A stretch of DNA of 60,702 bases, counting the filler, from Basidiobolus ranarum (taxonomy: Eukaryota), in the NCBI GenBank assembly GCA_040143965.1. It is 9 parts of 9 records of this genome, joined end to end, with 100 filler letters (N's around TTAATTAATTAA, not from the genome) between each part and the next. Parts side by side here need not be neighbours in the genome. Positions count along the whole stretch, not along the records: positions 1 to 6,670 come from JASJQH010001270.1; positions 6,771 to 13,433 come from JASJQH010001272.1; 7 more parts are not named here. One strand, 5' to 3'. A model generated the notes under the pieces. It did no database searches. It was not told where the DNA came from and worked only from the letters and a program-made list of their open reading frames with translations. Position 1 is the stretch's first letter. Every line of letters starts with the position of its first letter. Positions 1 to 12,259 of this stretch are shown piece after piece. The position numbers and the translations under genes were made by a program.

Positions 1-399
1 TTTGTCAGGCACCAGCATATTATTCAACAGAAAGCTGGACATTGCATTGTGGTTTATCAGTCCTTAGACATTTCTAGAGGCTTGATTCTCTTTCACAAAG
101 ACCCAAGAGGCTAGAGACAGACCCATATTAAAGTACATCCCAGAGTTATTCAACCATGCTTATTGTACCCTTTGAGCTCCTCATAAAACCCTTAGGATAT
201 TGCAGTTATAGTTGCTGCTTGCACCCTAAAACTGTCATGAAGCCACTGTCTCACCATCAAGATCCCTGGCAGAAAGCAAGGCACTAATATTATGATGGTT
301 CTCTGCTGGTTATACTATTTAGAAGGGTGGATCCAATCCGGATCAAATCAAATTTATTTATAATAGGGTACTTAAAAGCTAGTCTATGGATATTCTGAT

Positions 400-595
400 T
401 ATTTGGCAACAAATTTTGGCATTCAAATGCAAATGGTGCCAAAGGGAAAGACATTTGAGGATTGGTAACAGAAGAAGAATTAGAGCCAAAGAGACCACTT
501 AGAGCTATCCTTGCCTTTTGCAGGAACCAGAGGAAGCCACCATCTGCACTTTGTATACATCTCAGAGACTTTCAATTGTGGCACATACCTTTAAC
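400..595 (+). mobile_element. Ty1/copia gag N-terminal fragment (decayed)
   Basis: Translates in pieces to ...EEELEPKRPLRAILAF..., homologous to the gag fragments at 28379-28624 and 29187-29435. Confidence 0.7.
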
Positions 596-945
596 AAAGA
601 TAAAATTGATTTGATCCAGATTGGATACACCCTTCCATGACACAAAACCATCCAAAGCCTGTCATAATATTGGTATCTTACATTTTACCCTGTATTATTA
701 TGGTATCATGGTGGCTTCTTTACAGTATTATGACGATTATCACATATGGTGAAATAATGAACCTGTTACTTGGCATGCATTTTCAATTTCCAACAATTAA
801 CCAAAAAACCAATTGTCAAATGGAAAATTATTTGTTTTACTGCTATAGGAATATGAATTAATATTCATGCCTTTATTTAGCCATTTTAGGCTTTGTATTC
901 CAGCCATTATGAGAATCAATCAATACAAAAACCTTGCTGTATGTG

Positions 946-1297
946 TGATAACAGTGTTTAGAGGATTTGCAAGTGTTTTGGACAAGATTTGGATTTGTGA
1001 ATTAGACACTTAAGACTTATTAAATGGAATATTTACAATATGTAGTTTACTTTGGAATAGGACTATGCGACATGCTTGGATCATAGCAATTATGCCTGAT
1101 AAGCATGGGTAAAAATTTGAGGTGATTTAGATATTTTTTGAGAAAATAGTGAAAATTGGTCAAAGTGATCTAATTGATTTTTCTGTCAATTAGAGTAATA
1201 AACACATGTTTTTACATGGCAGAATTGAGTACCAAATAATCAGAATCTGAATAAGCTAAATATCAAATAATGAGTTTCCATTTACCTAATATCAACA
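946..1297 (-). repeat. Copia LTR family A (3' LTR of the minus-strand element)
   Basis: 352 bp with TGATA...TCAACA termini; adjoins a polypurine tract (AGGTGGGAA on the minus strand); copies at 28724, 29516, 30265, 27056 and reversed at about 5320-5625. Confidence 0.85.
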
Positions 1298-4200
1298 TTC
1301 CCACCTATCTAATGATTTTGTATTTCTCTTCAACCTAACTGATATCTTGATGACTCAAATTGTGCTTTAGCTAAAGGCTTTTAAGCTATTTGGGAGCCTG
1401 TTGGAAGTGGTTTAGAGAATCAGAAGAATTGGTAGTTTTCACTTGTTGATATATTGAGTAGAAAGATGACATTTAGTTTTGTCAAGATGTAAGCAAACTA
1501 ACATGTAACGTGTGTTAAGGAAGGTCCTAGGAACATGTGTGCAAAGTTTGGGGCTTCTAGCAAAAGTTTGAAAAATCTATATATATGAGAACTTTCAAGT
1601 TGGTAAAAATATTCCAAGTAAGCTTGGGTTTAGAATAATGGATAATATCTTAGTGAATTATAAGATAACTAAGTACTAAGTTATATATGACAAATAGGAG
1701 TTTAGGCAATGCTTATTTCAACAAAGGTTTAGTGATGATCTCAGCAATTATTTCTTCAGTATAGCAATTGACAAGGTCAATTATACCATTCTCTAACAAA
1801 ACAATGCCTAATATCTATTTGTTTTGTTCTAGCATGAAATTTATGGTTTTAAGCTAATGCTCTATGAAGAATATGGAAATGAATACCAGGGGAAAACCAA
1901 CAAAAACACAAATATAGGGGTAGGAACACCATTAGTAAATTAGAGGAAAAGGAGACAGGTAGGGAATCCATAAGAAAATTGTCGCAATACCAGCATAATA
2001 CCATCATAAAACACTTGAAAATAGTATGAGATGAAAATCTAAATTTTTTTTGTTAGGGACGATATACAAACTGGATTATCTCCAAATAAAGTAATAGCAC
2101 ACTTTTGCATGTATCCTAAGTCTGTAAATAACTTCCTTAACTACATAGCTTCTTGTATAGAATCAGAGGCAGTCATATACTCTGCTTCTCTAGTGGAAAG
2201 TACTATGTTTGGTTGCTTGTTACTATGCCAAGTTTTGGCTCCATTACCTTAGAGAGAAGTGCACCCAGTTGTTGATTGTTTATCATCAAGGTTTCTTACC
2301 CAGTGTGCATCCCTGCAGCCTTCAAAATTATGTGCAACATAAGTGGCATAATATTTTAGAACTAGACTTACAGTTCCTCTCAAATACCTGAATATTTGTT
2401 TTGCTCCAGTTTTGTGCTTGGACCCTGGATTTTTGAGATATTGACTGACAGTTCCCACTGCTACAGTAATGTCTGGATGTGGTCCAACCATTGTATACAG
2501 TACACTACCCACTATGGACTGATAAGGGAACTTCTGGCTTTGATTTGAGCCATTTTGTGCCAAATCAGATGAAATTTTAATCAGTTTCACATTAGGATCC
2601 TTTGGTACGGATACAGGCTTGTTATTTTCCATGTTAAAGTGTTCAAAATGTCTAGGATGTATTAAGACTGATTCAGCATGATTCTCTGATTGGGTTTATC
2701 TCTCTTTATTTAGATTCCAAGGAAATAACTTAATTACCCTTATCTGTCATCTGAAATTGGTTTGATAAGCTACTTTTCAGCTGATTAAGTGCTTCTTGAT
2801 CATTTGTGGCTATGATCAAGTCATCCACATAGAGTACCAAGATAAGGATCCTCTATCTGGTAGTTTTGATGTAAATACTGTATCTGCTATGCATTTTTGG
2901 AATTCCAACAATTCCCAACAGGTATTTATCTTGCTTTATCAAGCTCTAGGTGCTTGCTTAAGTCCATATAGTAATTTTGGCAGTTTACAGACCATGTCAG
3001 GGTACATTGGGTCAACAATTTTTTCTTGTTATTCTGTATAGATCTTTTCTTCTATATTTCCATTTAGAAAGGCTGTTTTTACATCCATTTGATGTGAGTC
3101 AAGGTTATGGATGGCTGAGAGTGACAGGATTGAATTAATGGAGCTGACCTTAGGTACTGGAGCAAATGTCTCATTAACTTCAACTCCTGGAGTCTGGGAA
3201 TAATCTTTTCAACTAATCTTCCTTGGTACCTTTCTATGGCTCCCTCAGCTGAGTTTCAACTTTGTAGACCCATTTGCACCTTTTTGGCTTTCTCCCTGAT
3301 GGTCAAGGATTTATAACCCATGTTTTATTGTACTGAAGTGAAGTAAACTCGTCAGACATTGCTTTTTCTAAATATTTTTGGTTCTGGCCACTGCAGAGCC
3401 TAATCTAGAGTATGTGACTCATTGTAGAATGCTGTAGTTTTGTCAGACAACTCCTGAATAGTGCTGATTCTGTTTTCCAGAGCAAGAACTCTGATTTGAG
3501 ATGAAATTTCTTCTTTTTCATCAAAAATCACATTTTGGCACTTAATTAACTTTTGATTTTTGATATCAAACAGTCTGCAGGCCTTAGATCAATGATAGTA
3601 CCTAAGAAATATGCAATTTCTGCTTTTGGGCTCTGATTTGGAGCATTTTTGAGCTGGAAAAAGGCAATACACTGTGAAGCCAAAGATGCTGAGATGGTCC
3701 ATACTTGCATTTTATCCATATGAAGCATTAATTGGAGCAGAATTTTGCAGCAAACTTGTTTGGCATCTGTATTGATATAAGCCACAATGAAGAGGGATTC
3801 AGTGCAATATTGGTAAGCTAACTTTTGATCATGTAACATTAATCATGCCATCTCCACTATGGCTCTATTAGCACATTCTGCAACTCCATTTTGCTGGGGA
3901 GTATATGGTACAGTGCTTTGTTGCTTAATTCCATATTTAGAGCAAAAACTAGCAAAGTCATTAGAGCCATATTCTCCACCATCATTACTCCTTAGTGCTC
4001 TTAATTTTTGTGCTGATTCTTCCTCTACCACCACTTTGTAGTACTTGAATGAAGTTAAGGCTTCAGAGTTTGAATTGAGAAAGAGTACCCAAGTATATCT
4101 TGTTTTGTCTTCAGCAAAGGCCATAAAGTACCTTTTGCCCCCTAGTGGGACACTTTTCAGAGGCCCACATAGGTCAGAATGAGCCAGGGCAAAAATTGGA

Positions 4201-4480
4201 GGTGATGTGATCTCTCCTGAGCTTGAAAATGGCTGTCCGTGATGTTTTCCACATATGCAACCCTGACACAAATCCAATTTAGTGCTAGTTTCAATTTCTA
4301 AGCCTGAAACAAGCTGATTACAAATCATTTGGGTCAGTGTTGGTTCCCCAATGTGGCCAATTGTTTGATGCTATGTTTGACAGCATATTTCACTGGTTTT
4401 GCCCCAGTTTGCATGCTCAGAATGAATTTCATGATTTCAAAGCTTGTGTAAGTTATGAGTTTTGATTGCAGTAGCTAATG
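1298..4480 (-). mobile_element. Degenerate Ty1/copia internal region (GAG-pre-integrase, integrase, RT, RNase H)
   Basis: Integrase motifs HSDLCGP and TVPYTPQQNGVAE (3843-4328); RT motifs PYQSIVGSVLY and HPDITVAVGTVSQY (2249-2632); many stops and frameshifts. Confidence 0.92.
1379..1723. repeat. Solo LTR family B inserted into copia RNase H
   Basis: Ends in TTTCAACA; flanked by near-perfect 5-bp TSD AAGGC/AAGGT; homologous copies at 40272-40465, 47742-48089, 17900-18285 and about 13280-13433. Confidence 0.8.
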
Positions 4481-4559
4481 TGGTATTGTTATGAGGTGTG
4501 ATATTGCATCCAGCCATGCTGAACACAATATGAAGCAAACAGATGGAGTTGTTGACCCA

Positions 4560-5625
4560 AAAAACCTTGTTACAATATGTGATGTGCAGAAATTGCTATG
4601 TAAGCTCAAGAAGGCACCCACAGCATTTTTCAACAGTACAGATATCCATTCAAAATCAGTGGAAGTTTTGCAATATTTACAGCAAAGCAACCGCAGATCA
4701 GATCTCTGCCTAAGTACTGTACATAGATGACATGAAGATAGTTGCAAGTAATACAGAAGTACTTAATCAGACAGGTATCAGCTTATCACACTAATTTCCT
4801 GATCACCAAAATGGGTGAATTAGGTTATTATCTTGAAATCCAAACCAAGAGATATATCCAATCAGAAATTCATGCTGAGTTGGTCCAGATATATTCTCAA
4901 CATTCTATATTATTTCAATATGGGGAATGGCAAGTCTGTGTCAATACTAATGAATCCTGATATGAAAATAGTCAAAATTTTCTCCAATGTGGCACAACAT
5001 ACTTCAATCAGAGCTAAGAGGTCCTGCCTTGGCCCATGATGGGTTGTTTAAAATGTGCAATGGTTTGACATGGACAGACATTGCTAAGATAGTTGGAACT
5101 GTCATCAAAGAAGTCAAAATCCAGGATCTGGGCATAAATCAGCAGTAAAAAAAATATCCAGATATTTGAGAGGAACTGTAGAACTGATCTGGGAAAACTC
5201 TGGCAACTCCAGGTGCATGACATTTTGAAGGCTACAGTGATACAGAATTGGATGAAACCTTGACATAAAAGTTCACATCTGGGTTCACATTTTCTATGTT
5301 ATGGTAGTTATGACTAGTTAGGTTTATGAAATATATAAAATAACCAAGTGACTGGCATAATGCAATTGGCTAAATAGTAACAAATTATTTTATAGTTTGC
5401 ATATTCAAATTCTGATATTTTAGCATTCAGTTCTGACATCCAAAAGTGTGTTCTTATTGCTCTGACTTATAGACACATTGAATAAATCACTTTGACTAAT
5501 TTTTACTATTTTCTCAAGTAGTGAACTATTAATGTAACTGTTATTCAATTCAATCAATCTTATGTGTCTAATACACTTTTATCAAAATCCAAATCTTGAC
5601 CAGAAACTTTCGAATGCCCTAAACA
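4560..5625 (+). mobile_element. Second copia RT fragment in opposite orientation with a family-A LTR at about 5320-5625
   Basis: CKLKKA, YIDD-like and MGELGYYLEI RT fragments; reverse-complement copy of LTR-A downstream. Confidence 0.7.
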
Positions 5626-5699
5626 CTTTTATTTTCCTTAATTGTGTGTGCCTAAGCTTTGCACCCAAGACCACTCAAATGATAGTCAGATGGTTCTTA

Positions 5700-6670
5700 C
5701 ATTGCCATTAGTAAGCAGGGGTTAGTTAAGATATGGCTCCACAAGGGCTTCTGGTCTTCAGGTATCCAGGTGTAGAGACAGCTTTGGCCCAGAAGCATAG
5801 TCAAGTATTTTATGATGTAGCATAGCCTAGGCAGTTTCTACTCTAGTTCTGTTAATCTACTCAGAGAATACATTTTGGTAAGGGTCAGCGGTATCTTCCC
5901 AAGTTCCATGGTGCTTTTGGATTATATCAGAATCCTTGATATGTCATCTTCTTCTTTGTCTGATCCTTCAGCCTATTGTCCTGCCTATTTCTTACTTTGC
6001 TGCTGCCTGTAATTTGAAGAATACTGCCACACTTTGTCTCTTGTTACTCAAGAGTATGCTGAGATCATTCTTGACAAGTTCTTTGTCAATTGAATCAAGT
6101 ATCTTGCATCTCCTGGCAGGAGAATATTCATAGGTCCATGTAGATCAGATTGAATAAGTCTCAGCAATTCCTCAGGTCTTGTAGCTTAATCTTTAGGATA
6201 GGGTTTCCTTTATTTTTTATCATGTAAGCATTTTATTTCCTCTATTAGATCAACCTTCCACTGGTTTCTTTTCTTCATGGTATAACTTAGATGTAAAATA
6301 TGTCTTTTTATGTAGCACATCATCAACATTCTCCATAGTTTCTTTAATCACAGAGTGGGTAGACAATACAGGACTGAGCAATATTCTACCAGAGTTGATG
6401 TTTACAAATGGAATCCATAATTTGCAAAGAAGGCAGTGTGCTTTGTTGAGGTATGATAAGAGTTGTTGTAAGCAAATTCAGCAAGAGGCAAGAGTTGTGT
6501 CCAATTATCCTGAATATAGTTGATAGTGCATTGCAAATATTGTTCCAAATCTTGATTGATTATGTCTGTTTGCCATCAGATTGGGGGTGGAAGGCAGTAG
6601 AAAGATTGGCAGAGATACCCAAGGTACAGAGGAGACGTTTCCAGAATTTGGATGCAAACTGAGGTCCTTG
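5700..6670 (-). mobile_element. Ty3/gypsy integrase remnant
   Basis: Minus strand reads FASKFWK...LSTAFHPQSDG...NQDLEQYL...WTQLLPLAEFAYNN, the canonical gypsy integrase core; runs off the contig end. Confidence 0.85.
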
Positions 6671-6770
6671 NNNNNNNNNNNNNNNNNNNNNNNNNNNNNN
6701 NNNNNNNNNNNNNNTTAATTAATTAANNNNNNNNNNNNNNNNNNNNNNNNNNNNNNNNNNNNNNNNNNNN
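6671..6770. other. Artificial contig linker (N44-TTAATTAATTAA-N44); also at 13434-13533, 20196-20295, 26956-27055, 33714-33813, 40466-40565, 47217-47316, 53964-54063
   Basis: Identical 100-nt spacer with stops in all six frames; the intervening segments decrease monotonically from 6670 to 6639 nt (size-sorted contigs). Confidence 0.98.
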
Positions 6771-7559
6771 CCTTTCTACGAGTCATAAGTTCAAATTGAA
6801 ATTTATCCAAAGTATCCAGACCAAAATTCAAAGCATTCAACACGACTGCACTTTGAACCTTATTGTTGGATAGAGCTGAAGTATGTAGCCTGTTATATTG
6901 GGATAACATGACTCGAGAGTCAGTTCAAGGAGTAAAGTAGATCGGAGAAAGGCCTTCATGGAGGCTTTAAAAGAATATATATATGAAGGAAAAGTAGGGG
7001 AAATATGTCATGTGAAAGGTAGAGAATTCCTTGGTGAAAAACACTTGTATTGTACTGATTGAACAAAGCCGACCTTGTAGTTAGAAGTTTAAGGTTGAGG
7101 TTGCTTCTATCTATTTCAAAGAGCAAAAGGCTGATAGTTTTGAAGGTTCTATGTGGCCATTTATTCAAAAATGGGCAAGTTTTTTACTCCAACTAAATGA
7201 CTGCAGAAATCCACTGATCAAGAAGTGGCTTGCCACACCTTCTTCAAATCCATCATCATGGTGGAAACTCATACAAGATGATTGTATTGTGTCTGAATTA
7301 GCATTAAAGCTTCATGAAGTAAAACAACTTAAAATCATTGCTATAGACTTCCAGCTAGCTCTTTGGAAGCAATAACATGCCTCCAGAACACCTTTCTCAA
7401 TCCTTATTATTCCAGTTTTCTGTCAAATTGTCTATTTGGTGTATCCTGGATACCTTCCTTTCTGCTTACCACCTTTCCCCTTAACACTATATCAACATTT
7501 GATTACATTTGTCACCAAGTTAAGTATGGATATGATTCTATACATTTACAATATCTGTA

Positions 7560-7984
7560 ACAATCTGTTCTCATCTACCTTGGTATTCCACTAGTTGCCG
7601 GCATTATCACACGATACAGCCTTCACTTTATGAAAGGGGATGAATAGTATAACAGATATTGGTTCTGTATGCCGTGTTGCCGTCCTTACACTGCTGTACT
7701 TTAGCATCATGTTTTTTACCACTTTCCTGCTACTACGGGCGCTTCATTTTCCGTACGATGTTGTAGTTACACAGTCATTTACTACTGGAAGTAATAATTT
7801 TGAGTTGGCCATTGCTATCGTGGTGGGAGTGTATGGAATAAGCTCTGAAGAAACCTTAGCTTCCACCATTGGGCCGCTTATTGAAGTATCAAATCTACTA
7901 ATACTTGTGTACGTGGCGCTGTTCTTACGCAAGCGACTTACTTGGTGCAAACAGAAGGCCTTAGAAGAAAAGTCAAAGGAATAA
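7560..7984 (+). pseudogene. ACR3: ACR3 arsenite efflux transporter, C-terminal fragment
   Basis: SVLIYLGIPLVAGIITR and TQSFTTGSNNFELAIA...LASTIGPLIEV signatures; TAG at an expected Trp, an internal deletion, and no N-terminal half. Confidence 0.85.
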
Positions 7985-8338
7985 CCAGAATATCATTATC
8001 CAACACAGGCTTACTGGACGCGATTAGTTAGTTACAAATTAAGTGCATCATCCACGAAGACAGAGGTAAATACAAACAAGAAATAAATTAGATCTACATT
8101 CACTAGCTAGGTGCTAATATAGATCAAACTATTCCGGAAAATGTATTGAATTGTTTTAACCTCGAACATGTTAACATTATAAATAGTAACATAACAGTGC
8201 AGATACCCGCAAAATTATATTTAAAGGTGAGCCATCACGAAAATGCTTTCAACAGCCATTACAGTCAAATGGACATTTGGCGGGTAATTTATTGCCTGTA
8301 CATCAGCACACCGAAGCTGAGATTATTTTATCAGACAG

Positions 8339-9593
8339 CTACAAACTTGGGAAATCAAAGTAACGGTGCTGCTTGGAATGATAAAGAATTCTAAATGTTC
8401 CAGCGTCTACTGGAGTGGGCTCTCCTTTAGTAAACTTGTTATTGATATCCAGTGTGAATACATCTGCGTCACCAGGATAAGTGCCATTATACACTACCAC
8501 TTGGCCATTAACATAAGTTTGTTCATGATCTTTAGGAAGCTTGAACACATGATGAGTAATCGCGTAAAATTGAATGTCTCCAATCCAAGACTTGATAGTA
8601 GAATCTTGAATAACTATATCCGTTTTGGATACCACCCGAGCATCATCGAACCCAGTTTTACAGTAAAGTTGTTTAAATTCCTGGCAAATGGTATGTTTAT
8701 ACCAAGAAATTATGGACGTTATTATATGTTTATGTGCATGCTTACCTCTTGAGTAAGGCTACCACCGAATCCTTCCCCTATCAGCACAGGATTTGTCTTG
8801 AAGCTCTCGGGTACTGTACGACTTGCATAGATATCCGAGAAATAGAATTCACCTGGGTATAGAATTAGGTGAATGGCTTATCTAGATCAAGGACCCAGGA
8901 GATACTAACCTTGCTCCCTGAGGACACGGTATACTCCCTTCAAAACTGCCTCTTTATTCGGTGAAAGGTTTACCACGCAGTTGGAAATACAAAGATCAAT
9001 ACTCTCACTAGCAATCCCTGCATCTATTAAAAAAGGGCCATTAGTCAGGAGTTGAGATGTTTGGAAGTTAACAGCCATATACCATGAAGTGATTCGATGT
9101 ATCCTTTGACGAAACGAATATTAGGTTTAAATCCCAAAATCTGAGAATATGCTTCCACGTTCGAGCTGGCAATACTCAGTAATTCATCTGTCATATCGAC
9201 TCCTATAATATTTGTTAGCTTTGATTGTGAAAAATATATGCACCACAGTACCAGTGACTGATCCAGAAGCACCCACTAGTTTGGCCGCAACATAGCAATC
9301 TCTTCCAGATCCTGAACCTAGATCTAGCACGTCCAGTCCTTCAATACCCAGAGGAACCGTGCTGCCGCATCCGTAATAGCGGCCTTTAACCTCATCAGGC
9401 ACGATCTTTAGCACCTCGGATATTATCTTTGAGGGAGAGCTTTTCAAGGTGCACACTACAATGAATGTTAAAATAAGTACAATAGGTATTTCTAACGAGA
9501 ATACAAACCATCGGATTTGATATCTTGAGTGCCTTTCAGAACTTTCCCATAATACTCCTCAACAAGCTGAAGAGTCTCCTTGTGGTCGGCCAT
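8339..9593 (-). CDS. arsM: Arsenite S-adenosylmethionine methyltransferase (ArsM/AS3MT family), about 6 exons
   Basis: ATG at 9593 ([19 protein letters not shown]), [47 protein letters not shown]; short GT-AG introns restore the frame. Confidence 0.93.
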
Positions 9594-10079
9594 TTTGCTT
9601 AGAAAATTCCGCGACTTCCCACCTTATAACCTTCAGATGTGACGACTTGGGCTACAATAGAGTCTCGGGTATTAGTATTCGTGGGTATATCTTTCTCTGA
9701 TGAAGAAAATTTTTGATCATGTCATCTGATCTATCCAATAGTTTCTGTTTAATTTCAAATTACAACGGAATGTTGCTTCAATAACAAGTGCTATTGAAGC
9801 GAGTGTAGAATACTTAGATTTTGGGGCACAACGATCAATTAAACCCTGAATTAGAATTGGAATTGATTTGGAATTGCCATCTGTTATAGGTTGGATTAAA
9901 AATTGAGGCTCAGATACAGCAATTGGAATACCATTTGTCATCATTAGTCGTCATTTCCCGCTCATAAGGAACGTGTCAATGATTTATTGTTCAATTTGTT
10001 GTTCAATTTGTGTGATACTTGACATCATTTCTTTGGATCATTTCTTTGGATCATTACCGCAGTTGCTTAAAACCCTAAT

Positions 10080-10757
10080 TGCTAGAATTTTGCTCAACTT
10101 TGAAGTACTTGGACAACCAAGTCTTCGAAAGAATCTCAGCTGAATTATCACTTACTGAAGTGGTTTGATCCTTCAATACGTAGGCACAAGCATCAAGTAA
10201 ATAGCCTTCTTGGTGACCAGGAATTCCCCCCAGTTAAGTGACAGTATGGCCTTGTCACTTACGGGATAGCTTCAAAGTAGATATCTTAAATAATCGATAA
10301 AGCAATGGAATAGAATTTTACATCTTCCACTAGAGTCAAAAGTTCCGAATCTGCTACTTCAATAGGAGATTTAGAAAGCATACGAGTATCTACAAAGCCA
10401 ACATTCTGACAAATCCTCCTAAACTTGGTCAATGAAAATCGCTCTACATGTAAGGGTCAAGTGGACTTAAAATTCCCTCATTTTCAAGTGCTCCACCAAG
10501 ATGCTCTCCTACCAAGATCGGATGTTGACGAACTTCCTCAGGTACTGATCTATTGGCATACACATCAGACAAATAGAACTCCTGAAAAGGTTGATCATCA
10601 GAATTGAAGCGGGTGAATTTCTTTAGTATTCCGATATACCTCCTTCGCTGAGAGCACCAAAGACTCCAGTAATTACCAGCTCTTTATTGGGATATAAACT
10701 CATCGCACAGTTTGAAATACACAGGTCAATAGAGTTATCCTCAATTCCCACCTCTGT
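10080..10757 (-). pseudogene. Second ArsM paralog, 3' half only, decayed
   Basis: Minus strand: [23 protein letters not shown] / EFYLSDVYANRSVPEEVRQHPILVGEHLGGAL / FRRICQNVGFVDTR; 5' half absent; frameshifts downstream. Confidence 0.85.
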
Positions 10758-10768
10758 ATGATGGTATT

Positions 10769-11148
10769 TTAGTATAGAGAGAGTGGGTCAGCAATTTTTA
10801 CCTTTGAATAATTCAATCCAGAATTAACAACTTCTCCCTGGTCAGATAGACTGCTACCTTCGATTTCAAAGCTAAGTTCCAACTGATACTTGAGGTCTGA
10901 ATTGTCTTGCCCATTGATACTCGCATTGCTCAAGTCATCGTGCTTTCTGTTAATGGTGTTAAGCACTTGCTTGAGCAAGGAAGCTAATTTACGTTGAGCC
11001 TCAACGCTTTCTGGCTGCTCAACGGAAAAGGCTTGATTTTGGCTATAACCCGTTGATTGCACTCCACTTCCTTGGCAATTATATACCAGAAGGAGCGACA
11101 ACTGATAAAACAAAACCGAGGCTTGAGTAAGCTTAGTGCTCTTAGCAT
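10769..11148 (-). pseudogene. Truncated paralog of the secreted acidic protein at 25700-26500
   Basis: SVEQPESVE..LLKQV..RKHD.L...INGQ.NSD.K.Q..SFE....SDQGEVV.SGL is shared with the 25700 ORF; signal peptide frameshifted. Confidence 0.8.
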
Positions 11149-11914
11149 AGTTGTGATATTCTTACTTATGTAAGATTATAAGTATATACCGTTTTATCAA
11201 GCTTAGAACACTGAGATAGTGATTAACTCTTTCATTAACTTATTAATTGATCTAATGGCAATCTACAAAGTATGGGTGAGTGTTCGGGTAATCGGGTTAT
11301 AAATATGAGAGTATCAATGGTAGCCTTATCCATATGATCCATTGACATTCACTAGTATTAGTGCATTCATTTTTATGAAAACCCAGTTTATATTAGCACT
11401 TCAAGTAGCACTTTTGAGTTAGGGTATTTCTTGAGTATATATAGTGAAAATGATTTATAGTATAGCTATAACATGTTCATATAGGAGTCACCGAATATGA
11501 ATGTATTATTTAGAAGTAATTTCTGGTACATCGGCCAGAGATCAACTACGTTCCCATTAATTAGTACAAAAGCGATATTATACCTTGTCTTCTTTTTCTA
11601 CATTCTCAATATTTATTGAGGAGATACGTTAATACAAAACCCTGTGCTCTATGCATAGCCGTTTGCGTTGATATACATTAATGTATTTGGTAATTTGATA
11701 CGGTTGGTTGTTGGTTTAAGGAGTCTAGTTCACCCTTAGCTTACTGACATTATTATACGACCTGAAAGAGCTTCTCATAGTAAGTGGAATTGAACTAAAT
11801 TTCCATTCAAGAAACATCTAGCTAACATTTGTCAAAGGATATTTTGTAGAAATAATTTATGTGTAAGTAATAGTTTATTCAGAAAGTATGATATGAGTGT
11901 ATTTAGGACTTCTA

Positions 11915-12259
11915 CTATTGGACATTAACTGCCACTTTAATGCCATCCTTAAGACAAACAATTGCACGAATTTTCAATCCCAGAGCGTCAACGTGTGCTT
12001 GGATATCAGGGGAGCATTGAGTGTCCGAATTTGCCACCATATCGGTAGGTAACTCCTGGTCACTCTTAAGGCAAATAACAGTGGAGATTTTCACGGTCAA
12101 AACATCGATCTTAGCATTGATATCGCCACAACTAACAGGCGCAGGTGATGTACCAGTAGAATCAGTATTGACATTCACTGTAGCATCCAACGGCAATGGA
12201 GCTGCAATAGCGGAGAAAATTGCGCACAGTACCACCAACAAAGCAAGAATGAAGCGCAT
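11915..12259 (-). CDS. Small secreted protein with two internal Cys-bounded repeats
   Basis: Signal peptide MRFILALLVVLCAIFSAIAA; repeats CGDINAKIDVLTVKISTVICL and CSPDIQAHVDALGLKIRAIVCL. Confidence 0.8.
   Translation of the reverse strand: MRFILALLVVLCAIFSAIAAPLPLDATVNVNTDSTGTSPAPVSCGDINAKIDVLTVKISTVICLKSDQELPTDMVANSDTQCSPDIQAHVDALGLKIRAIVCLKDGIKVAVNVQ

Noticed and set aside
7441-7500. GTATCCT followed by CCCTTAAC, resembling a U12 intron
   Set aside because: Lies in decayed sequence with no identifiable flanking exons; weaker consensus match
6771-7550. Possible non-LTR retrotransposon tail (Trp-rich fragments)
   Set aside because: No diagnostic RT or endonuclease motif visible
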